Source: Oscillospiraceae bacterium (GTDB lineage Bacteria > Bacillota > Clostridia > Oscillospirales > Ruminococcaceae). From it: 64,000 nt of DNA. Numbering within the stretch: position 1 is the first letter of the stretch; every line of letters starts with the position of its first letter. Below, in pieces: positions 26,275-36,016 of this stretch. The notes under the pieces are model-generated. The model saw only the letters and a program-made list of their open reading frames with translations, did not search any database and was not told the origin of the DNA. The stretch covers positions 68,226 to 132,225 of the forward strand of contig JAFUOD010000002.1 of NCBI GenBank assembly GCA_017472735.1, written 5' to 3'. Position numbers and translations under genes: made by a program.

Positions 26275-27381
26275 ATGAACAGATTTGAAAACGAAGCAGA
26301 AAAGTATATTTTTGAAAATATTGAAAGTTTAGATGAAAACGAGCTGTTAGAGCTGTCAAATGAACTCGATAACTCGTCGGCACCTTCTGCGCAGGCGGCA
26401 CTCGACACATTCAGGCGTGAATATTTGCCGAATGTTTCGGTTACATCGTTATATGAAGTGGGCAAAATAAAACAAATGCGGAATTTTAACATAAAGACCA
26501 TGCTTATTGTTGCGGTAATTGCTGTTGTTATGGTTGCAAGCTCGATGGTTTCGTTTGCGGCGGGCGTAGCATCAGGCGAGGAGAAAACCAATAACACCTC
26601 AACAGATGAACAAGACGACGGGCTGAAAACGAGAGTGGTTATTGACGGTATACCAAGAGAGCTGTTTATTGTAAAGCCTATTGAAGAATCGGATTTAGAA
26701 ACATATATACCAAGCAATAGGCTTGAAGATATCTGGGACGGTAAAAACACGAATCTTTCTTATTATTGCTTTACCTGCTTTGCAGACGAGCAGGCAAACA
26801 TTCTGAATTTCAAGCTGATCGAGCCATCGGAAGAAAGGCACGAACAAATTAACCAAAAGTCGATTGAAAAATTCGGTGAAAAGGCAGGAAGCTTTAAGAC
26901 CGGCGACGTTATCGAAGAAGCTGTATACTCGCAGAAATCAATACACATATATGAAGCCGGAGATTTTTACTTTGAAACTGTAAAGGGCCGCGCAAGCGAT
27001 AATTCAATGATTTTTGCATATTGCGATACTAATTTTCAAATAGAAACCTCGGTGTCTATTTATGCTTATTGCTATAATGCCGAGCGTGATATTTATCAGG
27101 AGTTTGTTATTTCACGCACATTCCTCGGAGGAATTGATCTGTGCTTTGAAGCTCCCGAGGGTTGGGAGATCGTCTACGGAAATATATGCGTTGAAAACGT
27201 GCTTATCCCCGGAATCGTTTATCGCTATGGCGAAAATTACTCTGTTAACGGAGACGAAAACGACCCCGAAAGCATAGAAGCCTTCCGCGACAGGATAAAT
27301 GAAGCGCTCGAAAAGCATCAGCAAGAAAAAGAACAGAAGAACGACATAATCAACAAGATAGAATCCAATCAAAGTAAGTGA
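26275..27381 (+). CDS. Putative anti-sigma factor: single-pass membrane protein with an unknown extracytoplasmic domain
   Basis: Lies immediately downstream of the ECF sigma gene. One TM helix (MLIVAVIAVVMVASSMVSFAAG) about 80 aa from the N-terminus. GGAG RBS precedes the ATG at 26275. Confidence 0.5.
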   Translation: MNRFENEAEKYIFENIESLDENELLELSNELDNSSAPSAQAALDTFRREYLPNVSVTSLYEVGKIKQMRNFNIKTMLIVAVIAVVMVASSMVSFAAGVASGEEKTNNTSTDEQDDGLKTRVVIDGIPRELFIVKPIEESDLETYIPSNRLEDIWDGKNTNLSYYCFTCFADEQANILNFKLIEPSEERHEQINQKSIEKFGEKAGSFKTGDVIEEAVYSQKSIHIYEAGDFYFETVKGRASDNSMIFAYCDTNFQIETSVSIYAYCYNAERDIYQEFVISRTFLGGIDLCFEAPEGWEIVYGNICVENVLIPGIVYRYGENYSVNGDENDPESIEAFRDRINEALEKHQQEKEQKNDIINKIESNQSK

Positions 27382-27400
27382 TTTTCTTTCGTTATATATT

Positions 27401-27437
27401 AAAAATCCGCCTCCGAATAAACGGAAGCGGATTTTTT
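27401..27437. terminator. Bidirectional Rho-independent terminator
   Basis: ATCCGCCTCCG/CGGAAGCGGAT stem flanked by AAAAA and TTTTTT, between convergent genes. Confidence 0.8.
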
Positions 27438-27456
27438 ATTTGATTTATTATTTATC

Positions 27457-29856
27457 TTATCCCAAAACAACGGTAACAGTGTTGTTTTCTTTAAGCTTGC
27501 AAGCAGGGATCAAGTAGCCTTCAAGCTTTTCGCCGTTAAGAACAAGCTCCTTAACGCCCGATTCAACGTGGTCGGGGTTGAGAATGTCGATAGAAAGCTG
27601 AGTTCCTCTGAAGCTCTTTTTAATCTTAAAGCCGTCCCATTCCGAGGGGATAGAGGGCGAAACGATCAGACCTTCAGCATTAGGTCTCATACCGCAAATA
27701 CCCTCAACACAGCCAACCATAACAGTCGAAGCCGTACCTGTAAGCCAGTGAACGTGTGCTCTGCCCTCGAACGGAGAAGCCTTTGATTCAACGAACTGAC
27801 CGTGAACGTAAGGCTCGATTACACGAATCTCAGCCTTGTCGTTCATAGAGGCAGGCGAGCTTTCAAGGAAGTATTCAAAAGCACGGTTGCCGTGACCCAA
27901 AAGCGATTCGGCGAGTATCGCCCAGCCCTGAGACTGCGAGAAGATGCCGCCGTTTTCCTTGGTGTCGGGGTTAAAGATGTGCATTAAAGCACCGCCGAAG
28001 AAGTGGTCAACATAAGGAGGTTCCAAAAGCTTAACGCCGTATTTGGTGTTAAGAATAGAGTGAACGCTTTCCATTGCCTTGTCAGCCTGCTCACGGGTCG
28101 CAAAGCCCGAAATTACCGACCAGCTCTGGGGGTTAAGCCACATGTTTGCTTCGGGGTCCTTCTTGGCACCAACAATAACGCCGTCTTCACGAATACCGCG
28201 AATGAATCTGTCTTCGTCCCAGCACTTTTCTAACGAGGCGCCAAGCTTTGCCTGAACTTCTTCAATATATTTAACATACTCAGCGTCGCCTCTTTCGGTA
28301 GCCAAGTCCTTCATCATGGTCATTGCATAATAAAGCTGGAAAGCAACAAATGTCGATTCGCCCTTTGCACCCATTCTTAAGCAGTCGTTCCAGTCAGCAT
28401 GCAAGCCTGCGGGCATATCGTGTGCGCCCAAACGCTCCATCGAGAAGTTGATAGCACGCTTGAGGTGGTCATAAACTGTGTCCTCACCCCCGTTAGCGTA
28501 AACAATAACTTCATCCAAGAATGCCTTGTTGCCCGATTCGCCGATATACTTTGCAACGGTGGGGAAGAGCCACAATGCGTCGTCAGCACGGTAAGAGGGG
28601 TGACCGGTTGCCTGAACATAGGATGCCTGATCGGGGGTGTCCTCGTGGCCTGCGTTGTGATTGAATTTAACAAGCGGCAAACCGCCGCCGTTATCAACTT
28701 GTGCCGAGATCATGAACTTGATCTTTTCAAGTGCCATTTCGGGGTCGAGGTGGATAATACCCTGAATGTCCTGAACAGTGTCACGATATCCATAGCCGTT
28801 TCTAAGTCCGCAATAGATAAGGGAAGCTGCACGGCTCCATGTAAATGTAATAAAGCACTGGTAAGCGTTCCAAACGTTTATCATGTTGTTAAATTCTTCG
28901 CTTGGGGTCTCAACGCTGAAGTTTTCAAGCTTGGCGTGCCAATAGTTCTTAAGCTCTTCAACTTCGCGGTCGACTCTGCCATCTTCGGTGTAAAGAGCCA
29001 AGATTTCATCGGCTGCCTTGGGTGTTTTCTGACCCAAAACGTAAATCAATTCCTTGGTCTCGCCTGCCGCCAAAGTAATATCAGACTGCAAAGCGCCGCA
29101 AGCGTTCGAGTTATAGTTCATCACGCCGTCGCACTTGCCCGACTCAACTGCAACAGGGTTAGAATATGTTCTGTACGAACCGATAAAGCTGTCCAAGTTA
29201 CCGTTTGCAGCGGCCACATCTGCCCCTACAAGGCCGAAGAAGCGCTCACGCCAGTTTGTGGTTCCTGTTGCGTCCTTGCCCGAGTTTTCGTTAATGTGCT
29301 GAACTATCTTGTTGCCCATAAGCTCGGTTCTTGTAATGAACAAGGTGTACTGTAAGTTAACCTGATCCTGTTCGTAGTTATTGTCATTTGTAAATTCAAT
29401 AAAGCCGTAAACCGAGAGCTTTCTTTCTTTATCAGAGGTGTTGGTTACCTTAGTTCTCCAAATCTCATAGGTTGCGTTCATGGGTACATAATATGTAGTC
29501 TCGGACTTGATTTGTGCATATTCCGAGGTGATAACGGTGTAAGCTGTGCCGTGGCGGCATTCCGACTTGTATTCGTCCAAGGGCTTGCCCACAGGCTGCC
29601 ACGAAGCAGACCAGTAATCAGCGGTGTCGTTATCGCGAATGTAAATGTATCTGCCCGGTAAAGCCATGTTAGAGTTGAAACGGTATCTGGCAATTCTGCC
29701 GTTAGCGCCCGACTGAACAAAGCTGTAGCCTGCGGCGTTGTTAGAAATAATTGCGCCGTAAGCAGGCGAGCCTAAATAGTTGCACCATGGTGCGGGAGTG
29801 TTGGGAGAAGTAATGACATACTCCTTGTTTTTTAAATCAAAATGGCCGTATTGCAT
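27457..29856 (-). CDS. GH94 cellobiose/cellodextrin phosphorylase
   Basis: MQYGHFDLKNKEYVITSPNTPAPWCNYLG N-terminus, 799 aa, glycosyl-hydrolase 94 architecture. Confidence 0.9.
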   Translation of the reverse strand: MQYGHFDLKNKEYVITSPNTPAPWCNYLGSPAYGAIISNNAAGYSFVQSGANGRIARYRFNSNMALPGRYIYIRDNDTADYWSASWQPVGKPLDEYKSECRHGTAYTVITSEYAQIKSETTYYVPMNATYEIWRTKVTNTSDKERKLSVYGFIEFTNDNNYEQDQVNLQYTLFITRTELMGNKIVQHINENSGKDATGTTNWRERFFGLVGADVAAANGNLDSFIGSYRTYSNPVAVESGKCDGVMNYNSNACGALQSDITLAAGETKELIYVLGQKTPKAADEILALYTEDGRVDREVEELKNYWHAKLENFSVETPSEEFNNMINVWNAYQCFITFTWSRAASLIYCGLRNGYGYRDTVQDIQGIIHLDPEMALEKIKFMISAQVDNGGGLPLVKFNHNAGHEDTPDQASYVQATGHPSYRADDALWLFPTVAKYIGESGNKAFLDEVIVYANGGEDTVYDHLKRAINFSMERLGAHDMPAGLHADWNDCLRMGAKGESTFVAFQLYYAMTMMKDLATERGDAEYVKYIEEVQAKLGASLEKCWDEDRFIRGIREDGVIVGAKKDPEANMWLNPQSWSVISGFATREQADKAMESVHSILNTKYGVKLLEPPYVDHFFGGALMHIFNPDTKENGGIFSQSQGWAILAESLLGHGNRAFEYFLESSPASMNDKAEIRVIEPYVHGQFVESKASPFEGRAHVHWLTGTASTVMVGCVEGICGMRPNAEGLIVSPSIPSEWDGFKIKKSFRGTQLSIDILNPDHVESGVKELVLNGEKLEGYLIPACKLKENNTVTVVLG

Positions 29857-29984
29857 TTGTTTTATCCTCCTAAGCTGTTAGAGATAGTTGCCGTAGCACG
29901 GTCAAAGTAATTTTACCACCATTTGGCTTGTTTTACAAGGGGGTAAGCCTAATTTTTTAGTTTAAAATTATAAAATTACAGCAC

Positions 29985-30013
29985 AAAAAAGCCTGCTTAA
30001 TTCCGGCAGGCTT
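29985..30013 (-). terminator. Rho-independent terminator of the MazG/GNAT/peptidase operon
   Basis: GCCTGC/GCAGGC stem with a T-run on the minus strand (complement of AAAAAA at 29985-29990). Confidence 0.6.
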
Positions 30014-30020
30014 TAATTTA

Positions 30021-30350
30021 TTATCTGTTTTCTGATTTGAACTTATCAAATCCTTCGGGGTAGCGCTTTTTAAGCTTTTCAATATTACCCGCAAAAACGT
30101 CTTCCAGATCAACGTCCAAAGCATAGGCAGTTTCAGCCAAATACCACGCAATGTCGCCAAGTTCTTCAATCAAATGGGCCTTGTCAAGCTCGTGACCCTG
30201 TGCCAAGTACTTTTTAACAATATCAATAGCCTCGCCCGATTCTCCGCAAAGGCTCATAACACCGTTGATCAAAATGTCTTTTTTATCAAGCTCGGGGTTT
30301 AAAGTCACCATTGCAAGCTTTTGAAATTCGTTGATTGTCATTTTATTCAC
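30021..30350 (-). CDS. MazG-like nucleotide pyrophosphohydrolase domain protein
   Basis: GESGEAIDIVKK..EELGDIAWYLA..NIEKLKKRYP all-alpha NTP-PPase motifs. Confidence 0.8.
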   Translation of the reverse strand: MNKMTINEFQKLAMVTLNPELDKKDILINGVMSLCGESGEAIDIVKKYLAQGHELDKAHLIEELGDIAWYLAETAYALDVDLEDVFAGNIEKLKKRYPEGFDKFKSENR

Positions 30351-30376
30351 CTTACGTCTAACACTGTTTAATATTT

Positions 30377-30793
30377 TTATATGTGCTTTGTCATTTTTAC
30401 ATGAGGGCAGCCTTCATCGAGGTATACATCACCCTCTGCTGCATAGCCGCAGGATTCATAGAATCCTTGCGCTCGGCACTGCGATGAAAGCTCGCACACC
30501 TTGCCACCCTTTTGCCTAATCATTTTCTCGGCTTCTTCCATAACCTCTTTACCCAAGCCCTTGCCTCGGTATTCTTTAATAACAGCCACACGCCCTATAT
30601 GCCAGCATTCGGGGTCGTCCTCATAAAAACAGCGGCAGGTGGCAACGGGCATATCGCCGTCATACATAACAAGGTGCAAAGCCCTTTCGTCAATGTCGTC
30701 AAACTCGTCTTTAAAGCCTTGTTCTTCAACAAAAACGGTTACTCTGATTTTAAGTGCGTCATCGCACAAACACTCATACGCTTTAATTTCCAT
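30377..30793 (-). CDS. GNAT-family N-acetyltransferase
   Basis: VAVIKEYRGKGLGKEVMEEAEKMIRQKG acetyl-CoA binding motif. Confidence 0.8.
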   Translation of the reverse strand: MEIKAYECLCDDALKIRVTVFVEEQGFKDEFDDIDERALHLVMYDGDMPVATCRCFYEDDPECWHIGRVAVIKEYRGKGLGKEVMEEAEKMIRQKGGKVCELSSQCRAQGFYESCGYAAEGDVYLDEGCPHVKMTKHI

Positions 30794-32016
30794 TACTTTC
30801 TGCGCTTTCTGGTAAGGTAGTAATCAAGCTCTTCCTTCATCTTTTCGGGGATCTCGCGCGAAACGGGGCAGCGAACAGCGTTTGCCATTCTTTCCGAGAA
30901 TGCATTGATAAAGTCGATGTCCTTAGCCATCTGCGAGGCTTTCATTACCGCCTTTGTGTCGTAGCTGTTGTGAATGGTTGCGGTGTTCGAGGGTGCAATT
31001 CTTGCAAACGAAAGTGCAGGCACGCCCTTATCGGCAAACGGGGTAGAGTCCGAGGAGTAAACATCCTGTTTTGCGCTAACACCAAAGCCAAGCTCATCGC
31101 TTAAATATTCAATATAGTTAACAAGCTTGTCTTCGGTTGTGCAGCACGCAATAAACTTGCCCATAATGCAGCCGATCATATCAAGGTTGATGTTTAAAAC
31201 AACATTTTTAAGTTCTTCTTCGTGTGATGAGCAGTAAGCCTTAGAGCCAAGCAAGCCTCTTTCTTCACTTCCGCACCAGATAAACTTAAGCGTGCGCTTG
31301 CAGGGATCAGCAAGGAAGTATTCGGCAATGCCCAAAAGCCCTATACTGCCCGACATATTATCGTAAGCGCCCTGAGAAAGGGAAGTGGAATCATAGTGCG
31401 CCGTAAACACAATAACCTCGTCCGATTCTCCCTTGATCTCGGCGACAACGTTTCTCGATTCACCTTTATATTCTTCCTGCTCAATAACTATCTTAGCAGT
31501 CTTAACCTCGTTATTAACAAGCTCAATAGCCTTCTTTGCGTTTATGTTAACGCCCAAGATCTTGTTTCCGTTTGAAACATAAGGCCTTAATTCGCGCTGG
31601 TCGATATCACAATCGGCATAGTTGGCATTTCCGTCGTAAGTAATAAAACCTACAGCACCGTTTTCCAAAAGGTCCTGATACATCCAGTAGCCCAAATAAC
31701 CGTCTATCATAACGATCTTGCCTTTGCACTGTGAAAGCGCATATTTCGAGGTGTTGTTAAGGTAATAAATAGGTGCTTCAACCTCGCCCGAGCCGCAAAG
31801 AAAATAGCCCTTGCAAACGATTTCTTCGCCGTCGCAGTAAAGATGTGCCTGCTTTATCGTTGCCATGTCAACCTCGAAAGGTTCAATGTCAGCATCAAGT
31901 CCGAGTTTTTTGCATTCGTCTACCAAATATTCGGCACACTTAAGTTCTTCTCCGCTGCCGCCCATTCTTACATAAGCGGTCTCGTTGAAAATTCTTTCAA
32001 TGTCACAAAGCTTCAT
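30793..32016 (-). CDS. M28-family metallo-aminopeptidase
   Basis: FTAHYDS..AYDNMSGS..WCGSEERGLLGSKAY zinc-ligand motifs. GGAGG RBS precedes the ATG at 32016. Confidence 0.75.
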   Translation of the reverse strand: MKLCDIERIFNETAYVRMGGSGEELKCAEYLVDECKKLGLDADIEPFEVDMATIKQAHLYCDGEEIVCKGYFLCGSGEVEAPIYYLNNTSKYALSQCKGKIVMIDGYLGYWMYQDLLENGAVGFITYDGNANYADCDIDQRELRPYVSNGNKILGVNINAKKAIELVNNEVKTAKIVIEQEEYKGESRNVVAEIKGESDEVIVFTAHYDSTSLSQGAYDNMSGSIGLLGIAEYFLADPCKRTLKFIWCGSEERGLLGSKAYCSSHEEELKNVVLNINLDMIGCIMGKFIACCTTEDKLVNYIEYLSDELGFGVSAKQDVYSSDSTPFADKGVPALSFARIAPSNTATIHNSYDTKAVMKASQMAKDIDFINAFSERMANAVRCPVSREIPEKMKEELDYYLTRKRRK

Positions 32017-32097
32017 AATATTCCTCCGCAAAAAATTAATTTTACACGTTTTATTATATCACATATTTAAATAAATGAAAGTGGTTTATGAGAAAAT

Positions 32098-32202
32098 CCG
32101 CGCCGACGTCGCGGCGCGCGTTTTCTTTAGAAACTGTGCGCGCGGTGGAGGCGCTCAAGGCGCACACTCCCACGCCGGGCTTCGCACCGCCGCGGGGCGC
32201 GC
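32098..32202. repeat. GC-rich hairpin-mosaic intergenic element, copy E
   Basis: Modules CGCCGACGTCG (32101-32111) and CGGTGGAGGCGC (32143-32154). Stem TGTGCGC/GCGCACA. It abuts the TraX stop codon (32203-32205). Confidence 0.8.
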
Positions 32203-32961
32203 TTATCTAAAAACTGCTATTAAATACAGCACCAGCATGTGCAAGGGGTAAAACACATAGCAAATGTATTTAAATGCCACGCTTGAATGACCTTTTCTTC
32301 CGTTGTAAAGCCATATCGGCAAAAGTGCAAGAAGGGCAAGCGCCTGCATATGTATAAAGAGATCAAGCCCAAAGAAGTTAAGCTCATATCCGTATCCGCC
32401 CAAGATTTCGGTGTTTATGTATAACAGAGCTGCAACTTGTCCCAAAAGGTTATACCATTTCTTTTCACGGAAGAAATAGAATACCAACACCGTCAGCACA
32501 CCGCCGCCGTAATAATCTGCCATAGTAATTATGCCTGCAATATACGACAGAAGCATAACGCACACGGTAGCAAGTGCATACACCCATTTTTGTTCTGCCT
32601 GCTTTGCACGTTCGAGCACCCACATTGCGCCAAGAGCCATTAAAAATGTCCACAAAACGTTTTGGTGCAGGGGATAAAACAACCCTCCGCCTGCCATAAG
32701 GTTAAACGGAATCTCGGAAATAACGGCAAACACCAAAAGCCTTACGGCATATTTTTTGAGGTTTTTGGTGCGATAGAACCCTTCAACCGTCATAAACGCA
32801 AAAATGGGAAAAGCTATTCGCCCAACACACCTTATCCAATCGTTATAAACAAGCCCGACAGCACCTATATGGTCTAAAAGCATACACACCATTGCAATAA
32901 TGTGCAGTCCTGCCGAGGATATATCAAAGTGCAGTTTTTTAGTTTCCATTACATTCTCCAA
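32203..32961 (-). CDS. TraX-family membrane protein
   Basis: LHIIAMVCMLLDHIG N-terminal motif; polytopic, 252 aa. Confidence 0.7.
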   Translation of the reverse strand: MENVMETKKLHFDISSAGLHIIAMVCMLLDHIGAVGLVYNDWIRCVGRIAFPIFAFMTVEGFYRTKNLKKYAVRLLVFAVISEIPFNLMAGGGLFYPLHQNVLWTFLMALGAMWVLERAKQAEQKWVYALATVCVMLLSYIAGIITMADYYGGGVLTVLVFYFFREKKWYNLLGQVAALLYINTEILGGYGYELNFFGLDLFIHMQALALLALLPIWLYNGRKGHSSVAFKYICYVFYPLHMLVLYLIAVFR

Positions 32962-32964
32962 AAA

Positions 32965-33453
32965 TCATAAATCTCGGCATATAAAATGATAAACCTCGTC
33001 GCTGCCGCTTAAAATGTGTTCTTTCATTTCCAATGGGTAAACAACCGCTTTTTTAAATTCTTCAAGAGGCACCCAGCAGAAGTCAAGGTCAATTCTTGTG
33101 TTGCCATAGTCGTCATATCCTGAAAAAACTCCGTCAAGAGGTATCTGCGATTCATCATTCAAGCTGACCTTATAATAAAGCGATAGCTGGTGGCACGGCT
33201 TTTTACCCCAGTTAAAAAAGATCTCGCCAACGCCGATAAGCGCCCCGACCGAAATATCAGCCCCGATCTCTTCTTTATATTCACGCTTAAGGGTGTCGGC
33301 AGTAGCCTCGAACACATTAACATGACCGCCGATAAGTGCGTAGTCGTCATCCTTCGGTTTTTTCAGCAGAATCTTTCCGTCACGGATTAAAACCCCTGCA
33401 ATGCGGTATGAAAATATGTAATCATCGTTAAAATAAAGAATATCGTTTGGCAT
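32965..33453 (-). CDS. NUDIX hydrolase
   Basis: Nudix box GGHVNVFEATADTLKREYKEEIG. Confidence 0.8.
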   Translation of the reverse strand: MPNDILYFNDDYIFSYRIAGVLIRDGKILLKKPKDDDYALIGGHVNVFEATADTLKREYKEEIGADISVGALIGVGEIFFNWGKKPCHQLSLYYKVSLNDESQIPLDGVFSGYDDYGNTRIDLDFCWVPLEEFKKAVVYPLEMKEHILSGSDEVYHFICRDL

Positions 33454-33570
33454 AACGCACTCTCCTTTAAAATCTTTGCCTTAATTATATATCCGAGTGT
33501 TTAGCTGTGTCAACTTTGCTTTTGGTGTTTTATACACTTATTTTATATTATTTTGTGCAGGTTGCAAGCC

Positions 33571-33599
33571 TTGCGAAAAGTGTCGAAAGGTTGTATAAT
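33571..33599 (+). promoter_or_regulatory. Promoter candidate for the deacetylase gene
   Basis: TTGCGA (33571-33576), 17-nt spacer, TATAAT (33594-33599) with a TG extended -10. Confidence 0.55.
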
Positions 33600-33635
33600 C
33601 AGTTGTATAAATTATCTGCTTAAGGAGAGATAACA

Positions 33636-34400
33636 ATGAAAAGATTAACAGCCATGCTTTTGGTATTTTTACTTTTGCTTTGCGGTTGCGGTGCACCTGC
33701 CGACCCTGCTGACAACGACGGCACGTTTGTTGATAACGGCGAAGCTTCTAAACCTGAAGAAGAACCCAAATACAGCGCAGATGATAAGCTTATTGCTTTA
33801 TCTTTTGATGACGGTCCCTGCCTTGGCGGAACCACTGCGCTTTTAGACTATTTTGAAGAAATGGATATTGTCGGCACATTTTTTGTTATCGGCAACAACA
33901 TTAACGATGAGACCGCCGAGGTTATGAAGCGTGCCTATGAAATGGGCTGTGAGATCGGCAACCACACAAAAAGCCACGAAGCAATGGGCGACAAGATCCC
34001 TCCCAAAATGAAAGAGGAGATCGACTACGTTCAGGAGCTTGTAAAGAGTCACATCGGTGTAGAACCCACGTTGTTCCGCCCGCCTTTTCTTAACGTAAGC
34101 CAAACAATGCACGAAAACATCGACCTTACCTTTATTTTCGGTCACGACTCGCTGGACTGGACAGGAATTCCTGCCGAGGAAAGAGCACAGAATGTTTTAA
34201 ACTTTGCCGATGACGGAGTTATCGTTTTAATGCACGACGGCTGGGACAACTATGAAACAGTTGAAGCGGTAAAAATTATTGTACCCGAGCTTTTGGAGCA
34301 GGGCTATAAGTTTGTTACCATAAGCGAGCTGTTCGAGGCTAAGGGCGTTAAGCCCGAAGCTAACAGCGGTGTTATCTATTCGGATACCGGCAGTAAATAA
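33636..34400 (+). CDS. Polysaccharide deacetylase (CE4/NodB) lipoprotein
   Basis: Lipobox LLLCGC. Carries the NodB motifs ALSFDDGP, GNHTKSH and FRPPF. Confidence 0.85.
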   Translation: MKRLTAMLLVFLLLLCGCGAPADPADNDGTFVDNGEASKPEEEPKYSADDKLIALSFDDGPCLGGTTALLDYFEEMDIVGTFFVIGNNINDETAEVMKRAYEMGCEIGNHTKSHEAMGDKIPPKMKEEIDYVQELVKSHIGVEPTLFRPPFLNVSQTMHENIDLTFIFGHDSLDWTGIPAEERAQNVLNFADDGVIVLMHDGWDNYETVEAVKIIVPELLEQGYKFVTISELFEAKGVKPEANSGVIYSDTGSK

Positions 34401-34569
34401 TTGTAAAACAAGCTAATATATTTACAGTGGAAATACGTATACTATATTGGTATTGACACCTAAAAAAGCATAATGCACTGATTTTGACAAAAATGAAGCA
34501 TTTTTTATTGACAGAATCGGTGCATTATTATATATTATTTATATATAATACTAATTTATCGGCGCAAAA

Positions 34570-34587
34570 TTGTTACAAAATTAACAA
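34570..34587. promoter_or_regulatory. Rex-type operator candidate upstream of rnfC
   Basis: TTGTTACAAAATTAACAA matches the clostridial Rex consensus TTGTTAANNNNTTAACAA at 17 of 18 defined/spaced positions. It lies 107 nt upstream of the rnfC ATG. Confidence 0.55.
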
Positions 34588-34693
34588 TTTTGGCGATAAA
34601 CAGTTGTTGTTCAAAAAAGTATTAAATTATATATTCCAAAACCTATTCAGGTCAGGAATAATTATAAAATTCGGAAAGGCAGGTCAAATTATA

Positions 34694-36016
34694 ATGGCTT
34701 TATCTCTCCATGGGGCACATGTGCCTCACAGAAAAAACACTGCAAATATGCCGGCTGTAAGAATTGACACCCCCAAATCTGTCAACATTCCCGTATTAAT
34801 GCACATCGGCAAGCCGTCGAGTCCTGTTGTAAAGGCAGGCGACCATGTCGATGTCGGCACCTTGATTGCCAAGCAGGAGGGTACGATTTCTGTTGATATT
34901 CATTCAAGCGTTTCGGGCACCGTGAAAAAGATTGACGAGACTCTTCTTTCAAACGGCTCGACCTGCAAGCTTATTGTCATTGAATCTGACGGCGAGATGA
35001 GAGTTGACGCAAATATTGCGCCTCCGTCAATCAACAGTAAAGACGAGCTTATCGAAGCTATCCGCGCAAGCGGTATTGTAGGTTTGGGCGGTGCAGGCTT
35101 CCCCACACACGTTAAGTTTAATGTTGACCCCTCACGAATTGAGGAGCTTATTATAAACGGCGCAGAGTGCGAGCCTTACATCACCAGCGACACCCGCACA
35201 ATGATCGACCGCGCAGACGACATGGCATATGCTATAGGTTTGTTTAAAAAGTTTTTAGGCGTTAAAAAGATAATCATCGGCATTGAAAACAACAAGCCCG
35301 AGGCTATTGAAAGCATGAAAAAGCTTGCCGAAAACGATTCCGAAATAACCGTAAGCGTTCTTCCCGCAATTTATCCTCAGGGCGGCGAAAAGGTCATGAT
35401 CTATCACACAACAGGCAAGATCGTGCCTTTGGGCAAGCTGCCCATTGATGTCGGCTGCATTGTGACAAACTGCACAACGGTTGCCGATATCGGCAGATAT
35501 GCAAAAACCGGTATGCCCTTGGTTGAAAAGTGCATAACCGTTGACGGCAGTGCTGTTAACGAGCCTAAGAATGTTATCGTCCCTGTGGGAACCTCGATGG
35601 AGGACGTATTCAACTTTTGCGGAGGTTTTAAGAGCGAGCCGCACAAAGTGTTCTACGGCGGACCTATGATGGGCGTTACCGTACCCGATATAGGACAGCC
35701 GATTCTTAAAAACACAAATGCCGTTATTGCTTTTAACGAGAAGGATTCGAAACTTGCTGAGTCCGAGGCTTGCATAAGATGCGGAAAGTGCATTAACATC
35801 TGCCCGTTTGGCATAAATCCCCCTGCTATTGAAAGAGCACTGCGTGAAAAAGACCCCGAAAGAATGATAAAGTATGGCGCAAGCGCCTGCATGGAATGTG
35901 GCTGCTGTTCATATGTTTGCCCTGCAAACCGTCCCTTGGTTCAGCGAAACAGACTTGCTAAAGGCGAAATTAAAGAACATTATGCCAGACAGGCAGCAAA
36001 GGAGGCGAAAAAATAA
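34694..36016 (+). CDS. rnfC: Rnf complex subunit C
   Basis: GLGGAGFPTHVK NADH/FMN site and two C-terminal CxxCxxCxxxCP clusters. The ATG at 34694 is preferred over the AT-rich upstream extension of the track ORF. Confidence 0.9.
   Translation: MALSLHGAHVPHRKNTANMPAVRIDTPKSVNIPVLMHIGKPSSPVVKAGDHVDVGTLIAKQEGTISVDIHSSVSGTVKKIDETLLSNGSTCKLIVIESDGEMRVDANIAPPSINSKDELIEAIRASGIVGLGGAGFPTHVKFNVDPSRIEELIINGAECEPYITSDTRTMIDRADDMAYAIGLFKKFLGVKKIIIGIENNKPEAIESMKKLAENDSEITVSVLPAIYPQGGEKVMIYHTTGKIVPLGKLPIDVGCIVTNCTTVADIGRYAKTGMPLVEKCITVDGSAVNEPKNVIVPVGTSMEDVFNFCGGFKSEPHKVFYGGPMMGVTVPDIGQPILKNTNAVIAFNEKDSKLAESEACIRCGKCINICPFGINPPAIERALREKDPERMIKYGASACMECGCCSYVCPANRPLVQRNRLAKGEIKEHYARQAAKEAKK

Noticed and set aside
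28399-29355. A 318-aa ORF on the plus strand.
   Set aside because: It is antisense to, and fully inside, the strongly supported GH94 gene and has no recognisable motifs. The same reasoning applies to 7083-7769 (antisense to pduL), 13510-14061 (antisense to araD), 44161-44682 (antisense to YitT), 36054-36521 and 42986-43426.
30021-32016. The MazG-like / GNAT / M28 peptidase cluster as a possible phage-defence or toxin-antitoxin module.
   Set aside because: All three are ordinary housekeeping-type enzyme families. There is no nuclease, ATPase, toxin or HTH antitoxin partner, and no mobile-element context.
32203-32961. The TraX-family gene as evidence for a conjugative element.
   Set aside because: No relaxase, coupling protein, T4SS genes, integrase or direct repeats are nearby. 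TraX-family proteins commonly occur as stand-alone chromosomal membrane proteins in Firmicutes.
34484-34693. An N-terminal 70-aa extension of rnfC in the ORF track.
   Set aside because: The extension is very AT-rich, starts at a TTG that is itself part of a TTGACA promoter-like hexamer, and contains the Rex-like box. RnfC homology begins at the ATG at 34694, which has an upstream purine-rich RBS.
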